The translations under genes were made by a program, and so were the position numbers. This document shows positions 1 to 11,190 of a stretch of 64,000 bases of DNA, piece after piece. The stretch is from IMG/VR virus record IMGVR_UViG_3300025592_000986. One strand, 5' to 3'. Position 1 is the stretch's first letter. The number at the start of each line of letters is the position of its first letter. Below the pieces are notes generated by a model. That model did not search any database and was not told where the DNA came from. It saw nothing but the letters and a program-made list of their open reading frames with translations. Source of the DNA: a virus.

Positions 1-3000
1 GTTCATAGTTTCAGCATAAAAGTTATTGGCAGCCTCTGAGTAGAGAGTCTTTCCGAGCGCCCTCATAGCTGTCAAACTGAAGCTAGATGTCATCATAGAA
101 GAAGTGTTTGGCATCCCAAAGAATGCATAACCTCCTTCGGCAGCATCGGCTTTGGCGTCGTCCGTAGATACCGAAATTTTCCTGAAGTCTAATCCAGAAT
201 TAATCGCCGTCCTGTAGCCAAGCATAGCTTCCGGCACCACCCTAACAAAAGAACAGGGTTGGAGACTTGCGCTGGGGTGTGGCTCTGTTTCATACAGAAC
301 AAGAGTTTCATCAAATTGGCCCTCCGTGACCTCTCTTTGACCGTTAGAAAATAAAGACCTTGCTGGATCTACAATAGCTTCGAAAGGAATTCTTTCCACT
401 CTTTGAATACCATATTGGCCCGAACCTCTTTGCCAGGTGGTTAATGTCTGATCTTGATCTGAGTTGAAGAAGTTCGCCCAAGATGCAGAACCTATTCTCG
501 GTATGCCACCATCTGCAGTTTCATTAAACTGTGACCCGGTTATATATGATGGGTACTTAAACGCACCTGTTAACTGGTGCTGAGATGAAATAGATGACAA
601 CAGTGTTACACCATACCCGCCAGAGAACCCTCTAAACTTTGCCGTGGATAGTGAAGAAGAATAATCAGAACTCCCTATAAGTTGAGTTCCGTGAGGGTAT
701 TCTAAACCGTGGTCTGATATACTGTTTGTGCGGGTCTCCGAACCGGTGTTGTGATAACTCAGATTATTAAACGTTCTGTGTTTTCTCGAATAGTTCAGCC
801 AGGCCTTATTTGACATTGGCTTTCTATTTGTTCTGTTTGCATCGTCCGAAATTGTACCAGATAAGGTCATTATTCCAGTATCGTTGCCCATCCTATACCA
901 AGCGACCAAACTGTTTCTCATTCTTGGCCTAACGCACATATCTGGACGCCACGGGCCTCTATATCTTGATCCAGATCCATACAGACCCACCACATCTGCT
1001 GGTGCGAGCTTTTTGTTAAATATGCAAACCTCTGCGATGGACGCTTCTGGTGATCCAAATTCTCTACCAGAATACGAACCTGTTGACCAAGATCTAGAGT
1101 TACCTATTGTGCAGTTGTCGTAACCGTCTATGTCTAACTGATTTAAGTTCGGCATTGCGCCCGTTGATGACGCTGCTGTTATTTGAGACCCGGTAAAATT
1201 CAACCCGTTTATAAAAAATATCGGAGGCTCTCGTGAGCCGTCAGTTTTTAGTTTGCCTAGAGGCAACGTTACGCCTACATGGTTCCACGAATCACCTATG
1301 AGTCTCCTCTTAGCGGCAGCAGAGCCAGAAGATCCCATCGAGAAGTAGGCCTTCTTTCCGCTCGTGTCCCGGACATAAAGCTTGAGATTAGAGCCGGACA
1401 TATAAAAATTAAAACCGTTGTTTAGCTCTGTTTCCCCATCCTTGCCTCTGCCGCCGAACTGAACTAATGTTCCCTGAATCTGAGACAGCTCGCTCTTAGT
1501 CGAGGATGCAGGGTCTGGATAAATCCACATAGAAACAGATATCGCAGACGAGCTTAAAGAGGTTGCTGACCTTGCAGAGCCAGAAAAGACTTGTGCCCAT
1601 TCCAATCCGTCTCCGATTTCTACCCTATTTACAGCAGAGCCTGAAAACTTTGTACAAACCTCCATAAATGGTCGGTCTTTTTTCGGAACAAAGACGGGAT
1701 AGTCAACGGCAATGCCGGACTTTACTGAATTGAATCCGATACCGGGCGCGTAAAAAGGCGCGAGTGCTGTTCTAAAACTACCCATTGAGGTTCTAGTGTT
1801 GTCGTGATTCTCTTGCATAACTTGCGAACCAGGCCCGTAAGATTGACTAAACAATGTTGCTAATTGAGTCATTCTCTGCACTGGGTAGAATCCCTCATAG
1901 GGAAGCAATTTCTTCAGCCCCTTGCAACTCAGACTAAAGGTAGCAGGGTTTGTCCTAGAATCCATCTCTTCTAATTCATCCTGAACTACGTTAAAATACT
2001 TCATAAAATCAGAGTGACCATAAACTTCGTAAAATTTATCTTTAGAGCTATCTGAAAAATCGTTTTTGGAGCCGGTGACTGTCAAGAAATCTCTTTGCGG
2101 ACAATTAAAAAATGGGTCTTCTGAATCTGTACCAATGTAATTGTTCATTTCTTCACTGATTCTATACTCGGACACCAATGAATAATCTTGCCCCATCAAT
2201 CTTATCTGTTCTGCATAACTCTTGTAGTCGCTAAAGTTAAATGGATATCTTTTCGCCAGGTCTCCTGCAGTCCATTTTGTAGCGCCAGCAAGGTAGGTGC
2301 TGTTTGAAATCGATGCAGAGAAATAAGCATCACCAACCGGTCGTCTGTCCTCTAAAGGTGTAGGCGAACTTGATACTTTGTCCATCGTTGTGGGCATGTT
2401 GGCGCGGAGCGGGGTGATTCCAAATTCTTCTCCGTCGGTGAAATAACCAGAGTTGCCTATTGAGCCCTGAGCGCCAATATTTTTGCCAAACTCTTTTGCT
2501 GATGGTTTTCTAGAATTTTGATAAGATTGAAACATTTCTAATATTATTGTTCTTTTGTCAGCATCAAAAGTGGCCTTGCCTACGTCCTTAAACCTAAGCC
2601 CCATAGAAAAAGAGTCGTTTCCTTCGAAAGAGTTTAAGCCGTCCACGATTTGCTCAACTGCTTTTCCAGTCGTGGTGGCGCTTTCGGAAAGCTTGATATA
2701 TGCCAAAGTCTTGTCCGGGAAATTAGTCTCAGTATCTGGGTGGTGTGGGGGTACAATCGTTATATAGTTTATACTTTCTGCTCGGAAATCGGTGACAGCA
2801 GGCTTCATATAGAATGTGGCCTCCCTTAAAACGTTTAGTGATGCAGATGTTGTAGCATACCAAGATCTGAACTCACCTTTGTTATAACCGAATGGGCTGC
2901 CATCGTGATCGTGCAGTGGACTGTCCCCAACGTCTGGCAAGCCGTGGATGACAATTGGTAGATTGTCGGAAGTTACAGTCATATGCATCGAGTTCTTGAC

Positions 3001-6000
3001 AACATCTGTGCCGCCTATGTTTCCGATTGCATCGACCCATTTACCAGTGTTGGTGCCATAGTAGCTAGTAAAGTTTGGATTCCTAGTCAACGTTTGCGAC
3101 AAAGTGAACGAACCGGGTGTAGATCCAGATTCGTAGAGGAGCACTGCTCTGCTGCCCTCTGCGTCGTTGTTATCCGTGTCGTTCCCACTTACTGGTCTAG
3201 ATATTGAAATCCAGCTTGGAGTCGCAGATACAAATGCCCCAAAGTAATTCTTTTCCGTGGTTACTGGGTTGGTGATAGTCTGAACGTGTACCTTCGTTCC
3301 ATCATCTTTGAATCTCCAAATTTGTACCGAACCTGTTCCAGCGCCTGCGCCGCCTCGTATACCTTCAGGTTCACCGATAACAACGTGTTTGTTGCCCAGT
3401 CCAAACGAAACGTTTGCTCCAAATCTCGGACCAGTAGTGTGGGTTGGGTGGGACGATGTAAACACACAGACGGGTGCCCAGGAACCCGATGTAGATCCGT
3501 TGACAGGTGTTGAGCCCGACTTATATATATGAACGACGCCGCCTTGGACCATTTGGTCTGAACTGTTTGATTTTACATACTGCCCCGTGGCACTAATAGC
3601 AACATATGAACCTGAGAATCGTACCTCTCTACCAAAGTATTGACCAGTGCTCGGGTCATCTGAAACAATTTCCGCTTCTTGTTGCCAGCCGCCCACTGCA
3701 CCACTAGACACTATAAAGGCTTTACCAGTTCCAGAGGTCATCACGCCCGAGGAACTGCTCTTATACATACCGTAAATTAGAGAAGTTCCGTCCTTACCGA
3801 GTGCAAGGTTTTTGCCAACGGATTGTGCTGTGGCCTCACCTTTCAAGATAAGAGCTTCGTGCTGAGAGTTTCTAACTGTAGAGAGCTTATATATGTATAT
3901 ACCACCGGCTCCGTTAGTTGAGCCCTGACCCGATGACGACTGGCGACCGGGTGCTCCAACAGCAAGATAGTCCCCTTGAGTGTCTATATGCCAGCCAAAC
4001 TCTGCGTTGGCGGGACCAGTTTGGCTAGGAGCATCGCTCATTGTTAGCTCAAACGCCAAGTCCTCAACCCAAGGTATACCAGGGGCACCATTGGCTCTCG
4101 TGTCTCCGCTGTCTGGAGTGTAGTTAAATTTATGAACCCTGCCCCGGTTTGTGCCGGAGGCAGGTCCAGACCAGCCGCCGACATACAGAGTTGTCGCATC
4201 TGCCAAGCGTAAGGAGTGTCCAAAGTATGCTGCGTCTGAGCCCCCCTCTGATTCGTTTTCCCTATACGATTGTGCGCTTTCTGAGATTGTGTACAAGGGT
4301 GCCGAATAATTGTGCGTGCCTGACATATCAGCATAAGTAAATCCGTCCTGTTTTATGTGTATTTTAAAAACCTTCGGCGTCTCAGGAAACCTTCTAGCAT
4401 ACGTAGCTGAAGCACTTGGGAATGTTTGAGTATTCTGGAGGAAGCCGCTTTCAACACCAGAATCGGCGTGGCCCTCGATTCCCCTAAACAAACCAGTCGC
4501 AGAAACTAACTCACCTTCTCCAAACCTACCTGGATGGTCGACACCTAAACTAATTTCTTTAGAGGTTCCAAAGTTTTCCTGCGCGTCAAGAGGCCACTTT
4601 GAGGAGTTTCTTATAAGCTGACCTTGGGAGTTAAATGATTTCGTTTTAACTCTGTCGGATCTTTTCAGTGACCACCAATTAGTGTCGAAATCTTCTCTTT
4701 CCCTGGTACTCTTAAGGAACGCATTCTGTTCTTGAGGGAATAGAACCTCTTTGTAGGAGATGGAGTTCGCGTCCGCTACAGACTCTATTCCCTTAAAAGA
4801 CTGCAAATACTTCGGGTGCACTTCTTGATCGAGCCTTAAAAAGCTCTTCAAATTTAAATTGGAGAAGTTACTTACAAGGTTTCCGTAACTCACATCCGTA
4901 TATGATGTTGCCGTGGTGGATAACCTGTCTGGATTTCCTACTGGGATTGGAATAAAATTATTATTTTCATCTGTCGAGTAGTTCTTTATGAATCTTATCG
5001 GTATGTTTTGATTTGTTAAAGCAGACTCTGTAAATCTTGTTAGAGTGCTGTCTACACGCCTAGAGGATGTTCTCTTTGAGAATTCTATACTGTCTGGCCA
5101 GTTGTACGCGCTGACTGCGAAAGAATCCATTGCTCTTCTCTTGTACTTAGAAGGGTCGGAAGCCTCCAATATTGCAGGATTGCTTTCAAGTTCCGTTGCA
5201 ACGAAAGAGTAGATATTATTTCTTCTCAAACTAGTGGCTATCGGATGTTGCCCGGCCCTTAATTGTTTCCAAGAAGGGTATCCATATTGCCCGCCTCGGT
5301 TTGAGATTATAGCATTTAACAACAAATGAGATCCAATAGCGCCTTGAGAACCGGTTAGACCATCAATCATTTGTCCAGATGGGTCAACAGTCGATGCACC
5401 TTCGTTGACGGTTTGATTCGAATTCAAAAATTCGTCATTGATGTAATTGAAATCACTGAGGTCGAATTTGTTTGGTGATGGGCTCGTTCCAACATTTACT
5501 GTTGTTTTTGATGCAGCGTCATATCCAAGTATATTACTGTCTTTGTCAACATTATCCAAAATTATCGTTCTCAAGCCAGCAAAGTCAACCGGTGTGAAAT
5601 CAATGAATCTATTTTTATCGTTTTGGATGATCTGTTTCGTAGCCAAAAGCAATCTTGATTGTGGAGACGATTGTAATGCTCCATCCTGAATGGCAGCGCC
5701 AAATAAATCCATATTGATATTCGTTTTGAACGACCCAACTTCACTAGCACTTAAGAACAGTGGTGAAGAGGATGTTTGAGCACTTGTCCCAAACTCAACT
5801 GGCTCAGTAAAATCAGACTCGAACCTTCTGTAACTTCCTGTAGTCTCTATGGTCGAATTCCTAATCCAGGCGTAGCCAAGGTCAGTTTGCGGTATCTGAT
5901 GCTGAACAAAGAGGTTGTCAGACCTTACAAATATATCGTCGCTGCCTCCATTAGAAATCGCAGCGTATCTGTGGTTTCTGTTAGTCTTGTGGTAAGACGC

Positions 6001-9000
6001 ACTAGGTGTCGAAGAGCTTACAGAACTTAAAAACCTATGACCGAAAGCTTCTGATCTCTCCGCTGCGAAAACATCCAACATCATTCTTTGAGTTAGATTC
6101 CTGTAGTTTAGAGAACTGTATGCTGATATCTGATTTGTCGCAGTGTCTATGTGAGGGCCGCCGTGGGCTGTCCCTGCAGTCTCAGGGCCACCTGGCGATG
6201 AAAATCTGCTAGTAATTAAATGTTTTTTAACTTCTCTTTCTGGTCTCACTGTATCTTTATATCCATAAAAGTAGGATGAAGAGAACTCTTCTGTTAGTCC
6301 GAAGTTAGTGGCTACATACCCACCCTTATCGGAAGAGTGAGAGAGGAAGTGATCAACCGAATAAGTCTTCTTCTCATTCTCAACAATGTGATCTTTCGAC
6401 ATCTCAACAGAAGTGCCAAGAACGATCTGATAGTCGTGCTGGTAGTTGCCGAGATTCAAACTAGCTGTAGATGTTTTTATGTTTCGAATGTTGACTGGCC
6501 TCTTTGCAAGAGGATCTCTCAGTACGTTTGAACGACCAGCGTACGAACTAGTCAAAGATACTTTAAATAGAGATGGGGACTGCCCAGTAAAATTCGAACC
6601 TTCCATATCTGGGTTTAAAACATACAATTGATTGTGTGAGGCGCTTATAAAAAAAGCTTCCCTTCTGTCCGATCTCCCGTCTAGCCCAGTTTTGTATGTA
6701 CCTGCCTTTGACTTTCTCCCTATACTAACACTTGCGCTTCTGTTCAGTTCTATGTGCCTGTGGAAGTGGCCACCGACGTGATGCTGGGTGAACGGGCCCT
6801 GTATTGGTATCTCCCTGTCATCGCCGTAAGCGTCATCGTGAAGGTTTGTTATCTCAACACCCTTCTTGAAGTTGTCGTATATCTCTTTCTTATAATCTGT
6901 CGGAACGTCTATAGAACTACTGTAAAGGCTGAATGGAAGAACCGTACCAATATCAAAATCTCTGTTTGTGTCGCTTATATCAGCAGTGCCTCGGAACTTC
7001 TTCTTTTCAAATACCTGTCCGCCCTGCAATCTATACTTAGGAATATTAACATCATCACAAACTGGGCCCGCATCAATGTCTGATCCACTAACTCTTATGT
7101 AGTCGTTGCTGCCAGGGTTTGTCGTTCCCTTAAAGAAGTCCAACTTTTTGTTCAGGTGAAAGTTTGATCCGCCGTGAAGAACGTGCTGGATACCTGCCTC
7201 TAGTTTGTATGGTTTTGTAAGCCTTCTGAGAGTATAAGTCGACCCGGAGGCGACTGTATTTATCCTCTTTCTTAATGTCTCTCTTTGCGCGTCGACGGCA
7301 GCATCGCCTGTCGAGATTCTTGTTGCCTTTCTGTTGGTCCTGTCTTTCCACCATCGGCAGTTCTCACTTTGTTCCAGCAAGATGTCAGCGCCGCCTGTAA
7401 AGCTAACCGCCGTGCAGTCGGTAACGGTTTCTGTTATGGTAGTATTTCCGGTGTCCCCTGAGATTGCCTGAGTTAGCGTTAAAACATTATCAGTTCGGGA
7501 TACAGTAATTTTTCCATTGTGCCCACCAGCGCTTTCAATAGCTGTCTTTAGTGCTGCCGCCTTGTCATCAAATCCGTTATCCTGGTCGAAGTGTAGATCC
7601 GAAGCTGTTGCGTCAGACTTTGGGATATACACCCTGCTTGTTCCATCTGTAGATATTATTGTAATTGCACCGCCGTCAATACTGCCACCATCAACGTCAG
7701 CAAAGGTAATTGTAGCTGTAGCACTGACGGGCCCAACGGTCGAGGGAAGAGGCGCGTGACCGTGCTCCCAGTCATATGTCAGTTCGTTTATACCTAAGAT
7801 TCTACCTTCGGGATCAGCCTGCTTCATCTCCAAAGTAGGAAATTTAGCCCAATACTTATTTCTCTCTAGGGCGTGGGACTCGATAACATTCTTTATACCG
7901 TCAGTGAACGTCGTACTAGCTGGTTTGTACTGGTCCAAAATGGTGGACAACGAGTCGTCAATCCACCTATAGAACTCGATATATTTTTCTACGTCTGGGT
8001 CGTTTTCTACGTTTTGAAAAAACAACGCTCTCAGTTTGTCTAGTGGTTTATAGGTCTGGCGATACCTGTCTACAGGCTCCCCTATGACGTTGCCAAAATC
8101 TCTTATCGATGAAAAGAGATCGATCATTTCCTGTGAGATAGACTGGTACATACTCTTTTCAAAGGAGAAGACATAGTTTACGGGCCTGGAGCCTCTGGTA
8201 AAGGTCTTGTCATCATCCGAGAGAATTCTTATCATGTCCGATGAGACAATGTTCTCGAATTCCCTTTGTCTGTATGCCGGGACGTATTCCAATGCTATGC
8301 TGGATGTAGAACTCGCCTCAAAAAAATCACCTCTAGCTGGATGGTTGTACGCTACTATCTGACCTATATCTCCATAGCTCGTCACCTTATCAATTGAACC
8401 AGAAGAGAAATCTTGAACTACTAGCTGGCCTCCAGCAGTAGAGCCAGTAATCATTGCGAAGTCCCAATTCATCGCGAGAGTCTCTATATTCGGTATGTGA
8501 TTGTCTATACCCGGCTGCAGAGAGAATGCGCTCTCATAAGGATCTTTTACTCCATAATTTTTTGGGTCTACAGCGTGCTTTGTGATGGTCTCATCATCTA
8601 AGTACTTTACCCAATGTCGTACTGAAGATATCTTTACATCTGATTGTTGTAGGACTGATCCTGTAAAGTTTCTCCTATGTGCGCCCACAAATATTCTTTT
8701 AGAGAACTTATGAAAGTCTGCGCCTTGGGCCTTGGTTATGTCTTGAGATAGTTTAAATTTGTCTTTTACCTGTCCGGCTTCTACATTTACACCAAACAAT
8801 TCGACTGTATACGCAGCATTTGAACCACTAATTAAACTACCAAAGGAACTACCAGATGGAGCTATTCTAAAGGCAAAGTTCCATTTCTCGCCATCGTACA
8901 CATCTCTAAATACTTTGGTTTGTTGTTCAGATATTATCCCAGAGGTCGACTTTAATATAAACCTAGCATTCTTTGAGTCTTCTTCCTCTTTTGCAGCTAA

Positions 9001-11190
9001 GATTTCAAAGTTGGCAAAGTCTTTGTCAGAAGCTCTAAACGTAAGGTTACTTGTCGAGTCTCCCTGTTGAACCGTGTGTGCCCCAAACAAGGACGACGAT
9101 ATGGGCGTAGACTTATACCTTCCAGTGTTGTCATTTTCTGGAAACAAATGGGGAAATATTATTTCAGCTTGTGTAGTGAAGGATAAACCTGTGTCGCCAA
9201 GAGTTGATCCGGTTATGAACCCTCTTGTTGGCAACTCTGCAGATGTTGTATCCAAACCAAAACTTGAGCTGTATTGAAAAATTGTCGCTGACTTGTTCAC
9301 ACCTTGAAAGTTTGCATACCTTTTCTTGACAGAATCGGCCTCGTAGTTCGGTTTTAACTCGTAAGTAGCGTTATCGGAATACGCCTTGAGCTTTATAAGC
9401 TCTTCGTCCACACCGTGAGTCCTCAGTATGTTTCTGAATGCTTTTTCGGTTCCCTTCGACTTATTTATTGTTACTAGTGAATTGTAGAGATTTCTGTATA
9501 TAAAATTCTTTATATCGTGAAGCTTTTGCTCGAACTCGAACTCTTCTGTTTTATCGGCCAGTACTTCTAGGGCGGTGGCGTCTAAAAACATCTCCGTAGT
9601 ATCTAAACCGTGAGAGGCCAGTACTTGTGACATGAAAGGAAACGGCTTCACCTCATCATAATCGTTGTATTCTAGATGCTTAAGTTTTGGAAGCTGTCCA
9701 ATCTGAGCGTGAAGGACGTCGAAATAGGATCCTATTATTTGTAACAGTTTTCTTGTTTGGCCTCTCTCACCGTCCTCCTCCAAAACCCAAGCAGGGATTG
9801 TATGAATTAGACAACTAGAATTTGCCAAGTCTCTTTGTAGACCTGCATCAGTCTTCTCATCCACGAACTTGTTGAGTCGTGGGTTTTCTGTGTGTATTAT
9901 AGGATCTTTAAACTCGCTACTAGCAACACCAGACTTGACTATCGCAGAGTCAGTCGATCTATTGCTGTCTGTATACCCGACAAAAATACCGTTAGAAAGC
10001 CTGCCAGAGTAATCCAAAACCAAACTGTCCACGCTCGATGTTAAGGACACACCTTCATTGAATTTATAATAAACACCCAACTTGGAGTTTGCTTCGTCTG
10101 TATTAGTACCGCCATTGATTTGTGTAAACCAGTGTCTCGCGATCTCCTTCGGAGACCTTTTAGTCTTCCAGTATCTGAATTCGTCTAGTGATCCAGACAG
10201 CTTGCCCCATCCCAAGTTAGAGTTGCCGACTGTGTTATACGGAGGATCTTCAGCTTCGCCCTTTCCGGCCTTACCCGTTGCAAGAGCGCCGATCGTGCCC
10301 ACTAGTCTTCGATTTACCTTGTCAACCGTCGAACCAGACAAAACCGCTTTATCCAAAGCTCCGTCAACGTAGACACCCCAAGAAAGATTGCTACCTGTAT
10401 TTTGAACTGTGATTGCGTAATGATGCCACTTTCCATCGGAAGCGCTGGTCGCTAAGTGTGAGCTTCCCAATTCCGCTTGGTGAACACCTGCGGATCCAGA
10501 TTTGTAGGTGACTACAAAGGGTGTAGAACTAGCAGCAGCGTTTTGCTGGTCAAGCTCAATGGTAAATCTCGCATACTCGTGATGATCTGGCAATGAAGAC
10601 GAAGACCAAATGTCCAGTAAGACTTCTCTGCGATTGCTCGCACTGAAAGCGTCTTTCTTCAGCCAGAACTCTACAGTGTTGCCTTTGCTTGCGTTTATCT
10701 CAAGGTTTGAGGTCCTGTAACTGGAAGTGTTCCAGATATTGTCGATGTGAGGACCACCCTTTAAAGAGATATATTCTTTTACTGTCGGGTTTCTATGGTT
10801 ATTGACCGAACCTGAAGTAGAAACCGTTGATATACTACTTCCTGGGTTGAACCTAACAAAGCCGTTGGTTCTTGGATATTCCTTTTCAAAGAGGTAAATC
10901 TGGAGCGGATTTGAATCGTTTACCCACTCTAGCTTCTCTTTGGCGGATCCGTCGTATGGATAGTTCTGGTAAATAGATTCTATAGATGACTTGTAGTACT
11001 CTTCTGCGGAGCCGTACACTGCAAAGTTGGATGCAGTAGAATAGTCTACAACAGATTCATACTTATATTTGTTGCGAATATATTCTTCGATATAGTCAAT
11101 AGACTCAACATCTTCTAACAGTTGGTTAGAGTTTGTGGGCTTTTGGATATGTTTTGATTTATTTTTATCAAATAAATTATTTAAACTCAT
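1..11190 (-). CDS. Giant virion/baseplate protein, at least 3730 aa, 3' end outside the window. Baseplate-wedge-like core with two LamG domains and FG-GAP propeller repeats
   Basis: ATG at 11190 overlaps the upstream TAA (TAATG) and reads MSLNNLFDKNKSKH. Spot translations in the same frame are open and coherent: LamG GKWHHYAITV...LSGSLDEFRYWK (~10150-10700), INKSKGTEKAFRNIL (~9450), FG-GAP EFGWHIDTQGDYLAVGAPG (~3950-4000), second LamG SVSMWIYP...WNHVGVT...VAWYRMG (~880-1550), and KTLYSEAANNFYAETMN at the edge. Absence from the ORF track fits having no stop before position 1. Confidence 0.9.
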   Translation of the reverse strand, partial: MSLNNLFDKNKSKHIQKPTNSNQLLEDVESIDYIEEYIRNKYKYESVVDYSTASNFAVYGSAEEYYKSSIESIYQNYPYDGSAKEKLEWVNDSNPLQIYLFEKEYPRTNGFVRFNPGSSISTVSTSGSVNNHRNPTVKEYISLKGGPHIDNIWNTSSYRTSNLEINASKGNTVEFWLKKDAFSASNRREVLLDIWSSSSLPDHHEYARFTIELDQQNAAASSTPFVVTYKSGSAGVHQAELGSSHLATSASDGKWHHYAITVQNTGSNLSWGVYVDGALDKAVLSGSTVDKVNRRLVGTIGALATGKAGKGEAEDPPYNTVGNSNLGWGKLSGSLDEFRYWKTKRSPKEIARHWFTQINGGTNTDEANSKLGVYYKFNEGVSLTSSVDSLVLDYSGRLSNGIFVGYTDSNRSTDSAIVKSGVASSEFKDPIIHTENPRLNKFVDEKTDAGLQRDLANSSCLIHTIPAWVLEEDGERGQTRKLLQIIGSYFDVLHAQIGQLPKLKHLEYNDYDEVKPFPFMSQVLASHGLDTTEMFLDATALEVLADKTEEFEFEQKLHDIKNFIYRNLYNSLVTINKSKGTEKAFRNILRTHGVDEELIKLKAYSDNATYELKPNYEADSVKKRYANFQGVNKSATIFQYSSSFGLDTTSAELPTRGFITGSTLGDTGLSFTTQAEIIFPHLFPENDNTGRYKSTPISSSLFGAHTVQQGDSTSNLTFRASDKDFANFEILAAKEEEDSKNARFILKSTSGIISEQQTKVFRDVYDGEKWNFAFRIAPSGSSFGSLISGSNAAYTVELFGVNVEAGQVKDKFKLSQDITKAQGADFHKFSKRIFVGAHRRNFTGSVLQQSDVKISSVRHWVKYLDDETITKHAVDPKNYGVKDPYESAFSLQPGIDNHIPNIETLAMNWDFAMITGSTAGGQLVVQDFSSGSIDKVTSYGDIGQIVAYNHPARGDFFEASSTSSIALEYVPAYRQREFENIVSSDMIRILSDDDKTFTRGSRPVNYVFSFEKSMYQSISQEMIDLFSSIRDFGNVIGEPVDRYRQTYKPLDKLRALFFQNVENDPDVEKYIEFYRWIDDSLSTILDQYKPASTTFTDGIKNVIESHALERNKYWAKFPTLEMKQADPEGRILGINELTYDWEHGHAPLPSTVGPVSATATITFADVDGGSIDGGAITIISTDGTSRVYIPKSDATASDLHFDQDNGFDDKAAALKTAIESAGGHNGKITVSRTDNVLTLTQAISGDTGNTTITETVTDCTAVSFTGGADILLEQSENCRWWKDRTNRKATRISTGDAAVDAQRETLRKRINTVASGSTYTLRRLTKPYKLEAGIQHVLHGGSNFHLNKKLDFFKGTTNPGSNDYIRVSGSDIDAGPVCDDVNIPKYRLQGGQVFEKKKFRGTADISDTNRDFDIGTVLPFSLYSSSIDVPTDYKKEIYDNFKKGVEITNLHDDAYGDDREIPIQGPFTQHHVGGHFHRHIELNRSASVSIGRKSKAGTYKTGLDGRSDRREAFFISASHNQLYVLNPDMEGSNFTGQSPSLFKVSLTSSYAGRSNVLRDPLAKRPVNIRNIKTSTASLNLGNYQHDYQIVLGTSVEMSKDHIVENEKKTYSVDHFLSHSSDKGGYVATNFGLTEEFSSSYFYGYKDTVRPEREVKKHLITSRFSSPGGPETAGTAHGGPHIDTATNQISAYSSLNYRNLTQRMMLDVFAAERSEAFGHRFLSSVSSSTPSASYHKTNRNHRYAAISNGGSDDIFVRSDNLFVQHQIPQTDLGYAWIRNSTIETTGSYRRFESDFTEPVEFGTSAQTSSSPLFLSASEVGSFKTNINMDLFGAAIQDGALQSSPQSRLLLATKQIIQNDKNRFIDFTPVDFAGLRTIILDNVDKDSNILGYDAASKTTVNVGTSPSPNKFDLSDFNYINDEFLNSNQTVNEGASTVDPSGQMIDGLTGSQGAIGSHLLLNAIISNRGGQYGYPSWKQLRAGQHPIATSLRRNNIYSFVATELESNPAILEASDPSKYKRRAMDSFAVSAYNWPDSIEFSKRTSSRRVDSTLTRFTESALTNQNIPIRFIKNYSTDENNNFIPIPVGNPDRLSTTATSYTDVSYGNLVSNFSNLNLKSFLRLDQEVHPKYLQSFKGIESVADANSISYKEVLFPQEQNAFLKSTREREDFDTNWWSLKRSDRVKTKSFNSQGQLIRNSSKWPLDAQENFGTSKEISLGVDHPGRFGEGELVSATGLFRGIEGHADSGVESGFLQNTQTFPSASATYARRFPETPKVFKIHIKQDGFTYADMSGTHNYSAPLYTISESAQSYRENESEGGSDAAYFGHSLRLADATTLYVGGWSGPASGTNRGRVHKFNYTPDSGDTRANGAPGIPWVEDLAFELTMSDAPSQTGPANAEFGWHIDTQGDYLAVGAPGRQSSSGQGSTNGAGGIYIYKLSTVRNSQHEALILKGEATAQSVGKNLALGKDGTSLIYGMYKSSSSGVMTSGTGKAFIVSSGAVGGWQQEAEIVSDDPSTGQYFGREVRFSGSYVAISATGQYVKSNSSDQMVQGGVVHIYKSGSTPVNGSTSGSWAPVCVFTSSHPTHTTGPRFGANVSFGLGNKHVVIGEPEGIRGGAGAGTGSVQIWRFKDDGTKVHVQTITNPVTTEKNYFGAFVSATPSWISISRPVSGNDTDNNDAEGSRAVLLYESGSTPGSFTLSQTLTRNPNFTSYYGTNTGKWVDAIGNIGGTDVVKNSMHMTVTSDNLPIVIHGLPDVGDSPLHDHDGSPFGYNKGEFRSWYATTSASLNVLREATFYMKPAVTDFRAESINYITIVPPHHPDTETNFPDKTLAYIKLSESATTTGKAVEQIVDGLNSFEGNDSFSMGLRFKDVGKATFDADKRTIILEMFQSYQNSRKPSAKEFGKNIGAQGSIGNSGYFTDGEEFGITPLRANMPTTMDKVSSSPTPLEDRRPVGDAYFSASISNSTYLAGATKWTAGDLAKRYPFNFSDYKSYAEQIRLMGQDYSLVSEYRISEEMNNYIGTDSEDPFFNCPQRDFLTVTGSKNDFSDSSKDKFYEVYGHSDFMKYFNVVQDELEEMDSRTNPATFSLSCKGLKKLLPYEGFYPVQRMTQLATLFSQSYGPGSQVMQENHDNTRTSMGSFRTALAPFYAPGIGFNSVKSGIAVDYPVFVPKKDRPFMEVCTKFSGSAVNRVEIGDGLEWAQVFSGSARSATSLSSSAISVSMWIYPDPASSTKSELSQIQGTLVQFGGRGKDGETELNNGFNFYMSGSNLKLYVRDTSGKKAYFSMGSSGSAAAKRRLIGDSWNHVGVTLPLGKLKTDGSREPPIFFINGLNFTGSQITAASSTGAMPNLNQLDIDGYDNCTIGNSRSWSTGSYSGREFGSPEASIAEVCIFNKKLAPADVVGLYGSGSRYRGPWRPDMCVRPRMRNSLVAWYRMGNDTGIMTLSGTISDDANRTNRKPMSNKAWLNYSRKHRTFNNLSYHNTGSETRTNSISDHGLEYPHGTQLIGSSDYSSSLSTAKFRGFSGGYGVTLLSSISSQHQLTGAFKYPSYITGSQFNETADGGIPRIGSASWANFFNSDQDQTLTTWQRGSGQYGIQRVERIPFEAIVDPARSLFSNGQREVTEGQFDETLVLYETEPHPSASLQPCSFVRVVPEAMLGYRTAINSGLDFRKISVSTDDAKADAAEGGYAFFGMPNTSSMMTSSFSLTAMRALGKTLYSEAANNFYAETMN

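Noticed and set aside
1-11190. Apparent 11-kb gene desert or stop-codon-recoded region
   Set aside because: Explained by one minus-strand ORF running off the edge. TAG (14536) and TGA (21316) end genes just before the next start, so the standard code fits.
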